Positions 37,372 to 46,827 of a stretch of 64,000 nt of DNA are shown one piece after another. The translations under genes were made by a program, and so were the position numbers. The DNA comes from Polyangiales bacterium. GTDB lineage: Bacteria > Myxococcota_A > Polyangia > Polyangiales > Houyiibacteriaceae. How positions within the stretch are numbered: position 1 is the stretch's first letter; each line of letters opens with the position of its first letter. The stretch is taken from assembly GCA_045106895.1 (NCBI GenBank), contig JBGCFM010000074.1, positions 1 through 64,000 of the forward strand. Reading direction: 5' to 3'. The notes beneath the pieces were generated by a model. That model searched no databases and was not told the origin of the DNA. It worked only from the letters and a program-made list of their open reading frames with translations.

Positions 37372-38985
37372 CTAACGCCCCCATGGATCGCGGTTATCGG
37401 TCATTCCGGTCATCGAGGTCATGGGCGTCGTCATGGGAGTCTCGACCACGGGGACCTCCACCATCTCGACCGTTGGAGCGGTCTCCATCACCGTCGTCCG
37501 CATGCCTCTTCCTCGTCGGCGACGGAGGCTCACGCTGACCTCTCCCTGACGGTCATTCACCTCCACGGTGCGAGTCTCGTAGCCCGTGAGCGTCAACGTA
37601 ATGCGGCGTGACTCTCCGCTTCGGACCACGATCGTTGTCGGCGAGTCGCCAAGGTCCACGCCATCAGCTTCAACACGCGCCCCGGGTGGATCGCTGAGAA
37701 CCTGGACATCCACGCTCGCAGGCGCGGCTTCACCGGCACCGAGCGCAGGGCTCGGGTCGGCGGGAGCTTCGGGTGTCTCCGGATCCGTCGTCTCTGTTGC
37801 GACGACGGTGTCGGGCGCTGGGTCCTCCCCCGGCCGCAAAGCAAGCCAGAGTCCTACCGCCAAGAGGGCGCCGAGGGCGATGGCGCCGAAGAGCACCTGA
37901 CGGAGATTGGGCCCCGCAGCGGCCGCCTCGCCCGCCGCCGTATCCTCCGCGACGACGCCGCTGACGGAGGCATGCTGCGTGTCCGCGGAGGCGACGAGTT
38001 TTCGCTCCGCCGAAGAGAGCGGGCGAGCCACATTCGTCACGCCGAGGGGTGCTTGGACGGGCACAGGGACCGCCGACGCGCGCGGCAGACTTGAGTTTGC
38101 GGTGTCGGTGTCTTCGGGACAGAACGCCAGCGCGCGAGCCAGGGCTTCCATCGAGTCGTAGCGCTCCTCGGGGTTCTTCCGGAGGCAGCGCATGACGACT
38201 TGTTCCAGCTCCCGGCTCGCCGGCGTGTCGGGGTCGACTTCGCGAATGGATGGAGCCGCTTCGTTCATGTGACTCGCGAGAAGCACGAACTTCGACTCCG
38301 AGTCGAAGGGCGGGCGCCCCGTGATCATGTGATAGAGGATGGCGCCGAGAGCGTAGATGTCCGCGCCGGGCCCGATCTTCGTGTTGCTGATCTGCTCCGG
38401 CGCCATGTAACGCGGAGTGCCGAGGAGCGCGCCGCTTTGAGTGAGGCCGTTGTCCTCTTGTTTGACGAGACCAAAGTCGAGGACTTTGACGAAGTTGGGA
38501 TCGTTGCCGCGTGCCGTCAGCATCACATTGCTGGGCTTGAGGTCGCGGTGGACCATGCCTTGATCGTGGGCGCCGCCGATGGAGCCGCATATCTGCAGCG
38601 CAATGTGAATCGCACGAGAAGGATCGACGGTGCCGTCCCGCACGATGAGGTCTTGAAGCGTCTCCCCGTTGAGGAGCTCCATGGCGATGAAGACATCGTC
38701 GTCTTCGGTTTTTCCGTAGTCATACACGACGACGGTGTTCGGGTGCTGGAGCTGAGCGCACGACGCAGCTTCCAAAAAGAAGCGCTGCTGAAAGTCCTCG
38801 ATGGCGGCCTGGCCCTCGAGCTGGTCGAGGTCGAGGACCTTAAGCGCAACCTCGCGACCGAGCGGTTTTTGAATCGCGCGATACACCCTTCCCATGCCGC
38901 CGCGGGCGAGGGGATCCATGACCTCGTACTTTCCCGCGAGGGTCAGTCCGACAAAAGGGTCACGGCGTTTGGCCTTGGGTGGCAC
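37372..38985 (-). CDS. membrane Ser/Thr kinase with extracytoplasmic PEGA domain
   Basis: LARGGMGRV, HRDLKPSN, DFG, YMAPEQ; TM; VLSDPPGARVEADG...GY PEGA. Confidence 0.92.
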   Translation of the reverse strand: MPPKAKRRDPFVGLTLAGKYEVMDPLARGGMGRVYRAIQKPLGREVALKVLDLDQLEGQAAIEDFQQRFFLEAASCAQLQHPNTVVVYDYGKTEDDDVFIAMELLNGETLQDLIVRDGTVDPSRAIHIALQICGSIGGAHDQGMVHRDLKPSNVMLTARGNDPNFVKVLDFGLVKQEDNGLTQSGALLGTPRYMAPEQISNTKIGPGADIYALGAILYHMITGRPPFDSESKFVLLASHMNEAAPSIREVDPDTPASRELEQVVMRCLRKNPEERYDSMEALARALAFCPEDTDTANSSLPRASAVPVPVQAPLGVTNVARPLSSAERKLVASADTQHASVSGVVAEDTAAGEAAAAGPNLRQVLFGAIALGALLAVGLWLALRPGEDPAPDTVVATETTDPETPEAPADPSPALGAGEAAPASVDVQVLSDPPGARVEADGVDLGDSPTTIVVRSGESRRITLTLTGYETRTVEVNDRQGEVSVSLRRRRGRGMRTTVMETAPTVEMVEVPVVETPMTTPMTSMTGMTDNRDPWGR

Positions 38986-39095
38986 GGGCGCAGGATACCA
39001 CCCCCAGCCCTGGGGTCCACGGCCAACAAATGCTGGAAGCTCCTGGTGAATCTGCAGTTGGTGACCGACGCGGCGAAGACGTGGTAGACGGCGAC

Positions 39096-39917
39096 ATGTC
39101 CAAGCCGAGAGCCAAGCTTTTCCGAGTGTATTCGTGGAATGTGAACGGAATTCGTGCCGCCGCGAAGAAGGGCATGGCGGACTGGATGAAAACAGCGCGC
39201 GCCGATGTCATCGGCATGCAGGAGACTCGCGCGCTGCCTGAACAGCTCGATCCTGAAGTGCTCAAACCCAAACGCTGGCGCAGTCACTTCGTATCCGCCG
39301 TGCGAAAAGGCTACAGCGGGGTGGGGATGTACTCTCGGCGAGAGCCCGACCACATCGAAGCGCTCTCCCTCGGCGAGGAGCGTTTCGATGATGAAGGTCG
39401 GCTCCAGCTTGCGCGCTTCGGCGAGCTGACCATCGTAAACGGTTACTTTCCAAACGGGTCCGGGAAGAACCGCGACCACTCCCGTGTGCCTTATAAGCTC
39501 GACTTCTACCGCAAGCTCTACGCGCTCCTCGAAGAAGGAAAAAAGCGTGGCGACAAGATCGTGGTGATGGGCGACTTCAACACCGCTCACGAAGACATCG
39601 ACTTGGCGCGGCCAAAACAGAACAAGAAGACGAGCGGGTTCTTGGCCGAGGAACGACAGGAGCTAGACCGCTGGATTCAAAACGGTTGGAGCGACAGCTT
39701 CAGGCAGTTCGAAGCCGGCCCAGATCACTACTCTTGGTGGAGCAACCGTGTTGGTGTTCGCGAGAAGAACATCGGCTGGCGCATCGACTATATGCTGACG
39801 TCCCCCGGGCTGACGCCCCACGTGCTCAAGGCGGCCATTCATCCAAAGGTCATGGGCTCGGACCATTGTCCGATCAGCGTGGATCTCGACCCAAGCGTCG
39901 TCGATCCGGAAGATTAG
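39096..39917 (+). CDS. xth: exodeoxyribonuclease III (AP endonuclease)
   Basis: SWNVNGIRA, QET, GYSGV, YFPNG, GDFNTAH, YSWWS, GWRIDY, GSDHCP. Confidence 0.93.
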   Translation: MSKPRAKLFRVYSWNVNGIRAAAKKGMADWMKTARADVIGMQETRALPEQLDPEVLKPKRWRSHFVSAVRKGYSGVGMYSRREPDHIEALSLGEERFDDEGRLQLARFGELTIVNGYFPNGSGKNRDHSRVPYKLDFYRKLYALLEEGKKRGDKIVVMGDFNTAHEDIDLARPKQNKKTSGFLAEERQELDRWIQNGWSDSFRQFEAGPDHYSWWSNRVGVREKNIGWRIDYMLTSPGLTPHVLKAAIHPKVMGSDHCPISVDLDPSVVDPED

Positions 39918-39927
39918 AGAGCGACTC

Positions 39928-40545
39928 GTGACGGAATCCATGGGCCCCTCAGAGAAGATCCTCGCCGCCGCCCGCGTGGTCATCGAAGAAAAAGGCGTGG
40001 ACTCTTTTTCCCTTCGAGCTGTGGCTGCCAAGGCCGGCGTCAGCCTCGGCACCGTCACCTACTACTACCCGAACCGTTCAGCCCTCGTCGAAGCGTGCCT
40101 TGAGTCGCTTCACACGCTGCACCGCGAAGCCATCGAGCTGGTGTCGCGCGGCCTCTCGGAGGGCCGGAGCTTTGCGGAGATGGCCAGCGCCCTCGTCGAC
40201 AGTCTGTTCCCTCGCTTGCTCGACGAGCGTGAATGGATCCGTGTGCGAATGCTCGGCATCCTTAAGGACGACGGACTGCCCGAGCGCCAACGCAACCGTG
40301 TTCTTGCGCCGGCGGTGGAGCTGGGTGCGGCCCAGCTGGAGGCGACCACGAAGCTGAACACCGCTGAGGCGCGCATGATGGTCAACGCGCTCATCTTTGT
40401 CGTCTCTCGCTTCGCGATCTTGTCGCCTGTGGAGCTTCTTCTCCTTACGCAGGAAGAGGACCTCGACGCCGCAGAAACCAAGACCCGCGCGTTTCTCGTG
40501 AGCTTGGTGGAGCGCTTGCTCCGAGACGAGGCACCTGCGGCGTGA
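39928..40545 (+). CDS. TetR/AcrR family regulator
   Basis: ILAAA...G...FSLRAVAAKAGVSLGTVTYYY. Confidence 0.9.
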   Translation: MTESMGPSEKILAAARVVIEEKGVDSFSLRAVAAKAGVSLGTVTYYYPNRSALVEACLESLHTLHREAIELVSRGLSEGRSFAEMASALVDSLFPRLLDEREWIRVRMLGILKDDGLPERQRNRVLAPAVELGAAQLEATTKLNTAEARMMVNALIFVVSRFAILSPVELLLLTQEEDLDAAETKTRAFLVSLVERLLRDEAPAA

Positions 40546-40727
40546 GTCCCTCCCGCGGTGGCGACGGATCTGGCTTTCGCGGCACGCATCCAGCGCCATG
40601 GATGCTCATTGGTCACGGAAAGTGGCGAGACGAGCGACGCGAGCTCCGCCGCCCGTGTGCTCCAGTGCGCTTCCGCCGCATCCGAGTAGCCATCGACGTT
40701 TCCGGCGACTTGCACTAAGTAGGGCTC

Positions 40728-42434
40728 TTGGAGCAAATCCACGGCAACACCTCGGGCCTAAGCCCATCGGAAACCAAGGCCCTTCAGCGTCTGTACCGGC
40801 GCAAGGTGCCTATGGACCAGCTCACCACGCAGGAACTCTCACGTTCCATCGCGGAGGTGTCGCATTCGACGGGCCGCCAGATCGGCGTGCTCGTGTCCCG
40901 CTCCGGGAAAATCGAACACGTCGTCATCGGCGACGCGGCAAAACTCATGCTGCCGGATATGGGACGACTGCGAGCGGGCGCGGGGCGTCTTCGTGGGCTC
41001 CGGCTGATTCACACCCACCTCGGCAACGAGCCGCTTTCGCGCGATGACCTCGTCGATCTGACGCGGCTTCGTTTGGACCTCGTCGCCGCCATCTGCATCA
41101 ACCCGGCGGACGGAACGCCGACGTGGATCTACTACGGCCACTGTGTTCCGGGGACGAGCAAAGAAGGCACCACACAGCCGCCCTACCGAACTTTTGGCCC
41201 GCTCTCGCATCAGCGCACCAAGGTCAACGTCGGCGAGCTCGTGGCAGGACTCGAACAAGAGTTCGCCCGGGTCGCACGTTCCCACGCCACCGAAGCACGT
41301 GACGGCCGCGCGATCCTCGTCCACGTCACGGACAAAAAGAACGCGGGCAAATCCGAAGAGTCGATGCTCGAACTCTCGGAGCTCGCGCGCACCGCCGGCG
41401 TCAACGTGGTCGACCAAGTGCTTCAGGTGCGCGCCAAGGTGGACCCGAAGTTTGTCCTCGGACGCGGCAAGCTTGAAGACGTGGTCATCCTCGCCATGCA
41501 AAAAGACGCCGAGGTGCTCATCTTCGACCGAGAGCTGCGTGCAAACCAAGCCGCCGCCATCGCGGGCATGACGGACCTCAAGGTCATCGACCGGACGCAG
41601 CTCATCTTGGACATCTTCGCCCAGCGCGCTCAGAGCCGCGACGGCAAACTGCAAGTTGAGCTGGCGCAGATGAAGTACCTGCTGCCGCGCCTCGGCCAGA
41701 AAGACGACGCGCTGAGTCGCCTCACCGGCGGCATTGGCGGGCGAGGTCCCGGTGAAACGAAACTCGAGATCGGGCGACGCAAAGCGCGCGAGCGTATCGA
41801 CCGGCTCAAGAAGCAGCTCAAGCAGCTCGAGAAGCAGCGGAAGCAGCGGCGCTCACGGAGACGCCGCGGGGATGTGAAGGTAGCCGCCATCGTTGGCTAC
41901 ACCAACGCCGGGAAAAGCACGCTCCTCAACACGCTCACCGGGGCCGAGGTCCTTGCCGAGAACAAGCTCTTCGCGACGCTCGATACACGTGCGCGCCGCG
42001 CATACCTTCCGAGCGGCAACGAAATCGTCATCACGGACACCGTCGGCTTTATCCGCGACCTGCCCAAAGACCTCTTCGCGGCGTTCCGCGCAACCTTCGA
42101 GGAAGCCGCAGATGCGGACGTGCTCTTGCACATCGTCGACGGCTCCGACCCCCAGCACGAGGAGCATATCCGGACGACGGAAGAGCTTCTCCTGCAGCTC
42201 GGGCTTGAGGCCATGCCTCGTCTTGTCGTCTACAACAAAACCGACCAGCTCGACGCGCGCCGTGCGGCGATGATGGCCCACGCGCACGACGGCGTCGCCA
42301 TCAGCGCGCTGGAACGCCAGAGCCTCCAGCCCCTCGTGCGGCGCCTCGACCGCATTCTTTTCCGTGCAGAACGTGCTTCAGCGGCGGGCGCGACGAAGAG
42401 CGAAGAGACCGACGCCAACGCAGAGGCTCACTAG
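40728..42434 (+). CDS. hflX: ribosome-splitting GTPase HflX (long form with N-terminal extension)
   Basis: DRTQLILDIFA, GGRGPGETKLE, GYTNAGKS, LFATLD, DTVGFI, NKTD. Confidence 0.95.
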   Translation: MEQIHGNTSGLSPSETKALQRLYRRKVPMDQLTTQELSRSIAEVSHSTGRQIGVLVSRSGKIEHVVIGDAAKLMLPDMGRLRAGAGRLRGLRLIHTHLGNEPLSRDDLVDLTRLRLDLVAAICINPADGTPTWIYYGHCVPGTSKEGTTQPPYRTFGPLSHQRTKVNVGELVAGLEQEFARVARSHATEARDGRAILVHVTDKKNAGKSEESMLELSELARTAGVNVVDQVLQVRAKVDPKFVLGRGKLEDVVILAMQKDAEVLIFDRELRANQAAAIAGMTDLKVIDRTQLILDIFAQRAQSRDGKLQVELAQMKYLLPRLGQKDDALSRLTGGIGGRGPGETKLEIGRRKARERIDRLKKQLKQLEKQRKQRRSRRRRGDVKVAAIVGYTNAGKSTLLNTLTGAEVLAENKLFATLDTRARRAYLPSGNEIVITDTVGFIRDLPKDLFAAFRATFEEAADADVLLHIVDGSDPQHEEHIRTTEELLLQLGLEAMPRLVVYNKTDQLDARRAAMMAHAHDGVAISALERQSLQPLVRRLDRILFRAERASAAGATKSEETDANAEAH

Positions 42435-42626
42435 AGCGACGCCGAGGCCGAGGACGCCTGCTTTCCCGCCGAGCTTCCAGACCGGCCATAAGAGCGGGTG
42501 AACGCTCTCGGCGCCCATCGACAGAGAGCGCCATGTCGCACCAAAACTGAGGGCAAAGAGTACGCCGACAGCGATCAAGCAGCCGCCGCCGGCCCGCAGC
42601 TCCTGCGCCGAGTCACGCTCGTGCAA
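42378..42626 (-). CDS. small 2-TM membrane protein
   Basis: two hydrophobic segments and a basic C-terminus; starts just after the upstream stop; overlaps the hflX 3' end. Confidence 0.4.
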   Translation of the reverse strand: MHERDSAQELRAGGGCLIAVGVLFALSFGATWRSLSMGAESVHPLLWPVWKLGGKAGVLGLGVALVSLCVGVGLFALRRARR

Positions 42627-42632
42627 GGGGCG

Positions 42633-43742
42633 CTACGTCTTCTTCTTGGGCTTGAGCCCGACGCGGCCACCCTTGACCACCACCTCGAAGTCGACGTTCG
42701 CCGAGCCGTACTTCTGGCGAAGCTTCGGTTCCATCGCGCGGATCTTTTTGGCGAGCTTTTCGCGGGAGAGGTTGTCGACGCGTTCGTTGTTCTGCTTCTT
42801 CGCGGACACGTACTTGTCGTAGACGCGCTGAAGGTCGCCGTCGGAGAGGCTGGAGCGACCCGCCGCAGGCTTGGGTGCGGAGCGGAGCGCAGCTGGAGTA
42901 CGCGGCGTAGCGCGGGGAGTCACGGCACGAGGCGAGAGAGTGGGCGTTGTTGGTGAGCTGCGTGTTGGTGAGCTACGCGGCGGCGGCGGTGGCGCCGCGC
43001 GGCGCCCTGGCGAAGGCGGTGGCGGTGGCGGTGGCGGCGCAGCTCGCCCATGAGAAGGCGGTGGAGGCGGCACGGGTCGGTGTCTCCCCGGCTGTGGTGC
43101 GGCTGGAGGCTCCGGTGGTGCAGGGGTACCCGTGATGGCCGGGGGTTGCGAGATTCGTGAGCGAGCGACGGGACGACCAAAACGCTTGCTGACGAGCGGC
43201 GGCGCTTCCGCCGGCGCAGGAGCGCCGGGGGTGGGAGCACGCGGCGTTGGCGGCATGGGAGCGCTGCGCGTTGGAGCGCTTGGCGCGATCGGCTTAGGGG
43301 CCTCAAGAGCCGCCAGAGCGGCGCCGATCTCCGAATCAAAGTCGGCGTCGAGGTCCAGTTCAAGCGGCGCCTCATGCCGGGGCTGAGCCGCCGCCGCTTC
43401 GGGCTGACTCGCACGCGCTTCCTGCGCCTCGATCTTCTTCCGGCGCTGCTTCGCCTTCTTCACGTCGCGACGGAACGTTCCTTCTTCAATCTGGCGCGTG
43501 ATGCGCTGCCAGTATGTGTTCATCGTCGTCCAACGCGAGAACACCGCTTGAAAACGGTAACGCATCGCCGTGTTGTTGGGCTGCTCGCGCCTCAGCTGCC
43601 GCAGGCGTCGCTCGAGGCGCTCCTTTTGGCGCATTGGCGGAACGCGCTCGATGCCCTGGATCCATTGCTCATAGCGCGACTTGAGAAGGCCGAGTTCGCC
43701 TTCCAAGTCCTTGATCATCGCTTCGAACTCCGCCTTATTCAT
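42633..43742 (-). CDS. MXAN_5187-type C-terminal-domain protein with Pro-rich linker
   Basis: N-terminal YEQWIQGIERVPP...W.RITRQIEEG; C-terminal YDKYVSAK...VDFEVVVKGGRVGLK. Confidence 0.7.
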   Translation of the reverse strand: MNKAEFEAMIKDLEGELGLLKSRYEQWIQGIERVPPMRQKERLERRLRQLRREQPNNTAMRYRFQAVFSRWTTMNTYWQRITRQIEEGTFRRDVKKAKQRRKKIEAQEARASQPEAAAAQPRHEAPLELDLDADFDSEIGAALAALEAPKPIAPSAPTRSAPMPPTPRAPTPGAPAPAEAPPLVSKRFGRPVARSRISQPPAITGTPAPPEPPAAPQPGRHRPVPPPPPSHGRAAPPPPPPPPSPGRRAAPPPPPRSSPTRSSPTTPTLSPRAVTPRATPRTPAALRSAPKPAAGRSSLSDGDLQRVYDKYVSAKKQNNERVDNLSREKLAKKIRAMEPKLRQKYGSANVDFEVVVKGGRVGLKPKKKT

Positions 43743-43751
43743 CGTTCGTTT

Positions 43752-44381
43752 TTATAACGGCGTGATCACCAAGTTGTCGAAGTAGAGATCCGACTGCCAG
43801 TTGTTGAAAGCGAAATGGTCATGACCACGGCCTTCGAGGGGGTCGGAGTCATCCATCGTAGCGAGCTCCTCGCCATCCACCCAGGCGGTGATGGTGTCGC
43901 CGTTTCGCTCGATCTTCAGGTGATACACCTGGTCCATCTCGACGCGGCGCGCGGGCCCGACGGCACGATCGTCGGCGTGCTCGTCCATGCGGGCGATGAG
44001 GTTGGTGGAGTTGTCCCAGCCACCAAAGATGATGACGTAGCTCGTCGCCGTGTAGGCCTCGCTCTCAGCGCGGCTCGTGCCATCTCCGAACACCTCGAGC
44101 TTGATGTCTCCTTCTGGGGACATGCTCTTCACGTCGACTTCGATGCGAACGTTGCGCGGGAGCACGCGTCGCAGCCAAAGAGGCTTGTTTCGCGCTCCCC
44201 GGACATGAAGCCAGCCGTCTCGGAGCTCGTATGGGCCGCCGGTGTTGTGCCAAACGTCCCCAAGCTGGTCGCGGTCGAAGTCATCGCGAAAGCCATCGGC
44301 GGGAATACCGGGGTCTCCCTGCGGGGTGCAGGCGAAGAGGCCAAGGATCAAGAATAAGCTCGCTCTCACGGGGCGGAGCAT
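43752..44381 (-). CDS. lipoprotein, concanavalin-like jelly-roll domain
   Basis: lipobox LFAC; DDFDR..LG..W, YHLKIERNG..I..WVDG, YFDNLVI. Confidence 0.65.
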   Translation of the reverse strand: MLRPVRASLFLILGLFACTPQGDPGIPADGFRDDFDRDQLGDVWHNTGGPYELRDGWLHVRGARNKPLWLRRVLPRNVRIEVDVKSMSPEGDIKLEVFGDGTSRAESEAYTATSYVIIFGGWDNSTNLIARMDEHADDRAVGPARRVEMDQVYHLKIERNGDTITAWVDGEELATMDDSDPLEGRGHDHFAFNNWQSDLYFDNLVITPL

Positions 44382-44450
44382 AGCAGAAACGGACCCCATC
44401 GCAGATCCCCTAAACGTTCCTCCTAGTACGAAACCTGTGCTTCGCGGCGC

Positions 44451-45386
44451 TTAGGGGTGAGCGGCGCGGTGGAGCGCACTGGACGCCGAGGACATAGCGG
44501 AGCGCACCGCGGCGCTGAGGGCCTGACCTGCGAGGCGGGTCTCTTGCTCACGGCGTCCGGCGCGGCGAAGCACCTCGGAGCCCGTGGCGGCGCCGCTCAT
44601 CATGCCGCGAAGGTCGCGACCCGGCTCCGTGAGGACGACGAGGTTGACCTCGCATCGGACCAAAACCTCCCGCGCTCTGCGGCTCCGGTTGACGTTGACG
44701 AGGTTGCCGTCGAGGCGAAGCGTCGGGAGACTGCGGCGCTGGATCTGACGGCGCGCCTGCGCTGGAATGGCGCGCGCCGATTCGAACACGGCGACTCCTC
44801 GAAGCAGGTTGAGGTTGCGGCGAACGTGGGAACGAAAGTCGCCGAGGAGAGGTTCTGCGTTTCGGTAGTTGCTCTGGTTCTCGACGTCGCCAAGGACCAC
44901 GACGTAGCGGATGCGCGGCCAAGAGATTTCATTGGCGCGCGGGATCGTCACAGTGGCGGGATAGATGCCGCCGCTTCCGCTCGGAACACGTCGAGCGGCT
45001 GTGGGAGCGACCGTCGCGGTGGAAGAGAGCATCTCCAGCGAGCGGGTGACCTGCATACGGACGGCGGCGGAGTCGTCGCGTCGAGCGCGTCTCAAAGCCC
45101 GCCTGGCCCGCGCATCGCCGAGGCGACCAAGGGCCGTCGCGGCGGCGGCACGAACAGCTGGGTTGGGTTCGCGAAGTGCGCGCTCCAGGTGGCGCCGCAT
45201 GCTTGCGTCACGCGTGTTGCCCAGGGCAAACGCCGCTTGGACACGGACACGAAAATCAGCGCCGCTTCGAAGCGTCCGAATAATGACGGACGTATCTTGA
45301 GCGCTGCTCGGCAAAACCGCCGATAGCGCGAACGCACATGCGAGGATCGCACTGCCTATGCCCAAATATTTTCGCTTCGATCTCAC
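44451..45386 (-). CDS. secreted HEAT-repeat protein
   Basis: signal peptide; RVRVQAAFALG, AVRAAAATALG. Confidence 0.75.
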   Translation of the reverse strand: MRSKRKYLGIGSAILACAFALSAVLPSSAQDTSVIIRTLRSGADFRVRVQAAFALGNTRDASMRRHLERALREPNPAVRAAAATALGRLGDARARRALRRARRDDSAAVRMQVTRSLEMLSSTATVAPTAARRVPSGSGGIYPATVTIPRANEISWPRIRYVVVLGDVENQSNYRNAEPLLGDFRSHVRRNLNLLRGVAVFESARAIPAQARRQIQRRSLPTLRLDGNLVNVNRSRRAREVLVRCEVNLVVLTEPGRDLRGMMSGAATGSEVLRRAGRREQETRLAGQALSAAVRSAMSSASSALHRAAHP

Positions 45387-45635
45387 GCGCCCTAGACCTC
45401 AAATCGGTACGGAAGGATAAGCGATGTGCCATGTAGGGCATCAACTACCTCTGTCGCACAACCTGCGTGCAACAACCCTCGTATTGGAACAGCCTGCCCC
45501 GTTTTCAGCGCAAAGTATTCCCGCACTCAGGTGAGAACCATCTGCTTTTCTAGGACGAAGCTCGGGTCCGAGGATTCAGATTCTTTTTTGGGCGAGGACT
45601 GGAGGGCGATGGAACTTTCTTCCGCCCAGGGTCTT

Positions 45636-46742
45636 TTAGCTGTCGTTGCAGCCGTCTTCGTCGGCGTCGTTGTCTTCATCGGAGGCCTCAAGGGGGCAGC
45701 GGTCATCGACGTCGGGCACAAAATCATTGTCGTTGTCGGGGTCACTGCAGCCGTCTTCGTCTTCAAAGTCGTCGAAGTCTTCAGGAAGATGGGGGCACTC
45801 GTCGATGCGATCGGGGATGCCGTCGAGGTCCGCGTCATCGTCGTGGGCGCGGGGTGCCCATGAAAGCCCAGCCATCCCGCGAACGCTCGGGGTACCCGGT
45901 CCCGAGAACATGCTGAAGCCCGTTCCTACGAAGTACGTCACGCCCGCTCGCTCGTAGGTGATTGCGTAGTCGTTTTCGAGAGCGCGACCGATCGCCCCTC
46001 CACCGAAGCCGGCGTCGAGAGCGCCGCGCAGCTCGAGGCGAACGCCGAGCCCTTCCAGGATCGGAACGGGCACGTTGATTCCAATTCCGAAGAGAAGCTC
46101 ATCTCGAAACGTGAGCGGGCCGATGGTCTCGGTTTCAAAGCGGTGACGGAAACCCACCATCAGACCGGCGGCGATGCCGAAGACCCGGAAGTCGCCGATG
46201 GCTTGGACGTCAAACGTCGCCGCGCCTTCTCCGGCGTATGCGCTCTCGTCTCCGAGGGGGAGCGTCACGCTGCCCTGAAGCGCGAGCCCCGGACCGTCGC
46301 GGCGTTCGCGACGTTCCGCCGAGGGGCGCCCCAAGACACGAACGCGAGCGGTGAGTCGCGGGTCGCCGAAGGCCTGCGTCGCGATGGCCGGGCCTCCGTC
46401 AGGGACCTGTCCGAAACCGTTCTGATGCAAGACGACGGGGAGGTTCAACGCCAACGCGAAGCGTCCGCCGATGCCAACTTGCATCATCAGGTCGCCGCCC
46501 AGGCGGTGGCGGATCAGGTCCGTTGCCTCGCCAGCGATGGTGGCCCGCAATGGCTGGTTCGAATAGTTGAGCCAGAGGCCCACGTTCCATTGCCAGGGCC
46601 CAGGCATCGAGGTCCCGTTGATACCGATGAAACCGTCGCCGTCCACGGCGGGGCGAAATCGCTCAATGTCGATGCTCCTCTGCGCCTCAGCGGCGTTTGG
46701 CAGAGCCAGGAAGAGTGCGGCGATGGCGAAGCAAATGCGCAT
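45636..46742 (-). CDS. outer-membrane beta-barrel protein with thrombospondin type-3 repeats (TraB/OmpA-family N-terminal architecture, no OmpA domain)
   Basis: IERFRPA.DG, FGDPRL..R, D.DGIPD..D.CP...EDFD.FEDEDGC repeats; TAA follows directly. Confidence 0.7.
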   Translation of the reverse strand: MRICFAIAALFLALPNAAEAQRSIDIERFRPAVDGDGFIGINGTSMPGPWQWNVGLWLNYSNQPLRATIAGEATDLIRHRLGGDLMMQVGIGGRFALALNLPVVLHQNGFGQVPDGGPAIATQAFGDPRLTARVRVLGRPSAERRERRDGPGLALQGSVTLPLGDESAYAGEGAATFDVQAIGDFRVFGIAAGLMVGFRHRFETETIGPLTFRDELLFGIGINVPVPILEGLGVRLELRGALDAGFGGGAIGRALENDYAITYERAGVTYFVGTGFSMFSGPGTPSVRGMAGLSWAPRAHDDDADLDGIPDRIDECPHLPEDFDDFEDEDGCSDPDNDNDFVPDVDDRCPLEASDEDNDADEDGCNDS

Positions 46743-46827
46743 GGCGTGAGCGTACTCGATGCTGGCGCCGGGTCCATGGGCCAGGCGCATCCGTGCGTCT
46801 TCTGGCGATGTGCTTTAGGGTCGGTGC

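Noticed and set aside
45527..45636. Stop read-through or frameshift restoring an OmpA domain
   Set aside because: The stop is TAA and no downstream frame shows OmpA-like motifs.
23294..46742. A traAB kin-recognition locus
   Set aside because: The adhesin and the barrel gene are ~18 kb apart, no PA14-like tip is recognisable and the OmpA domain is missing.
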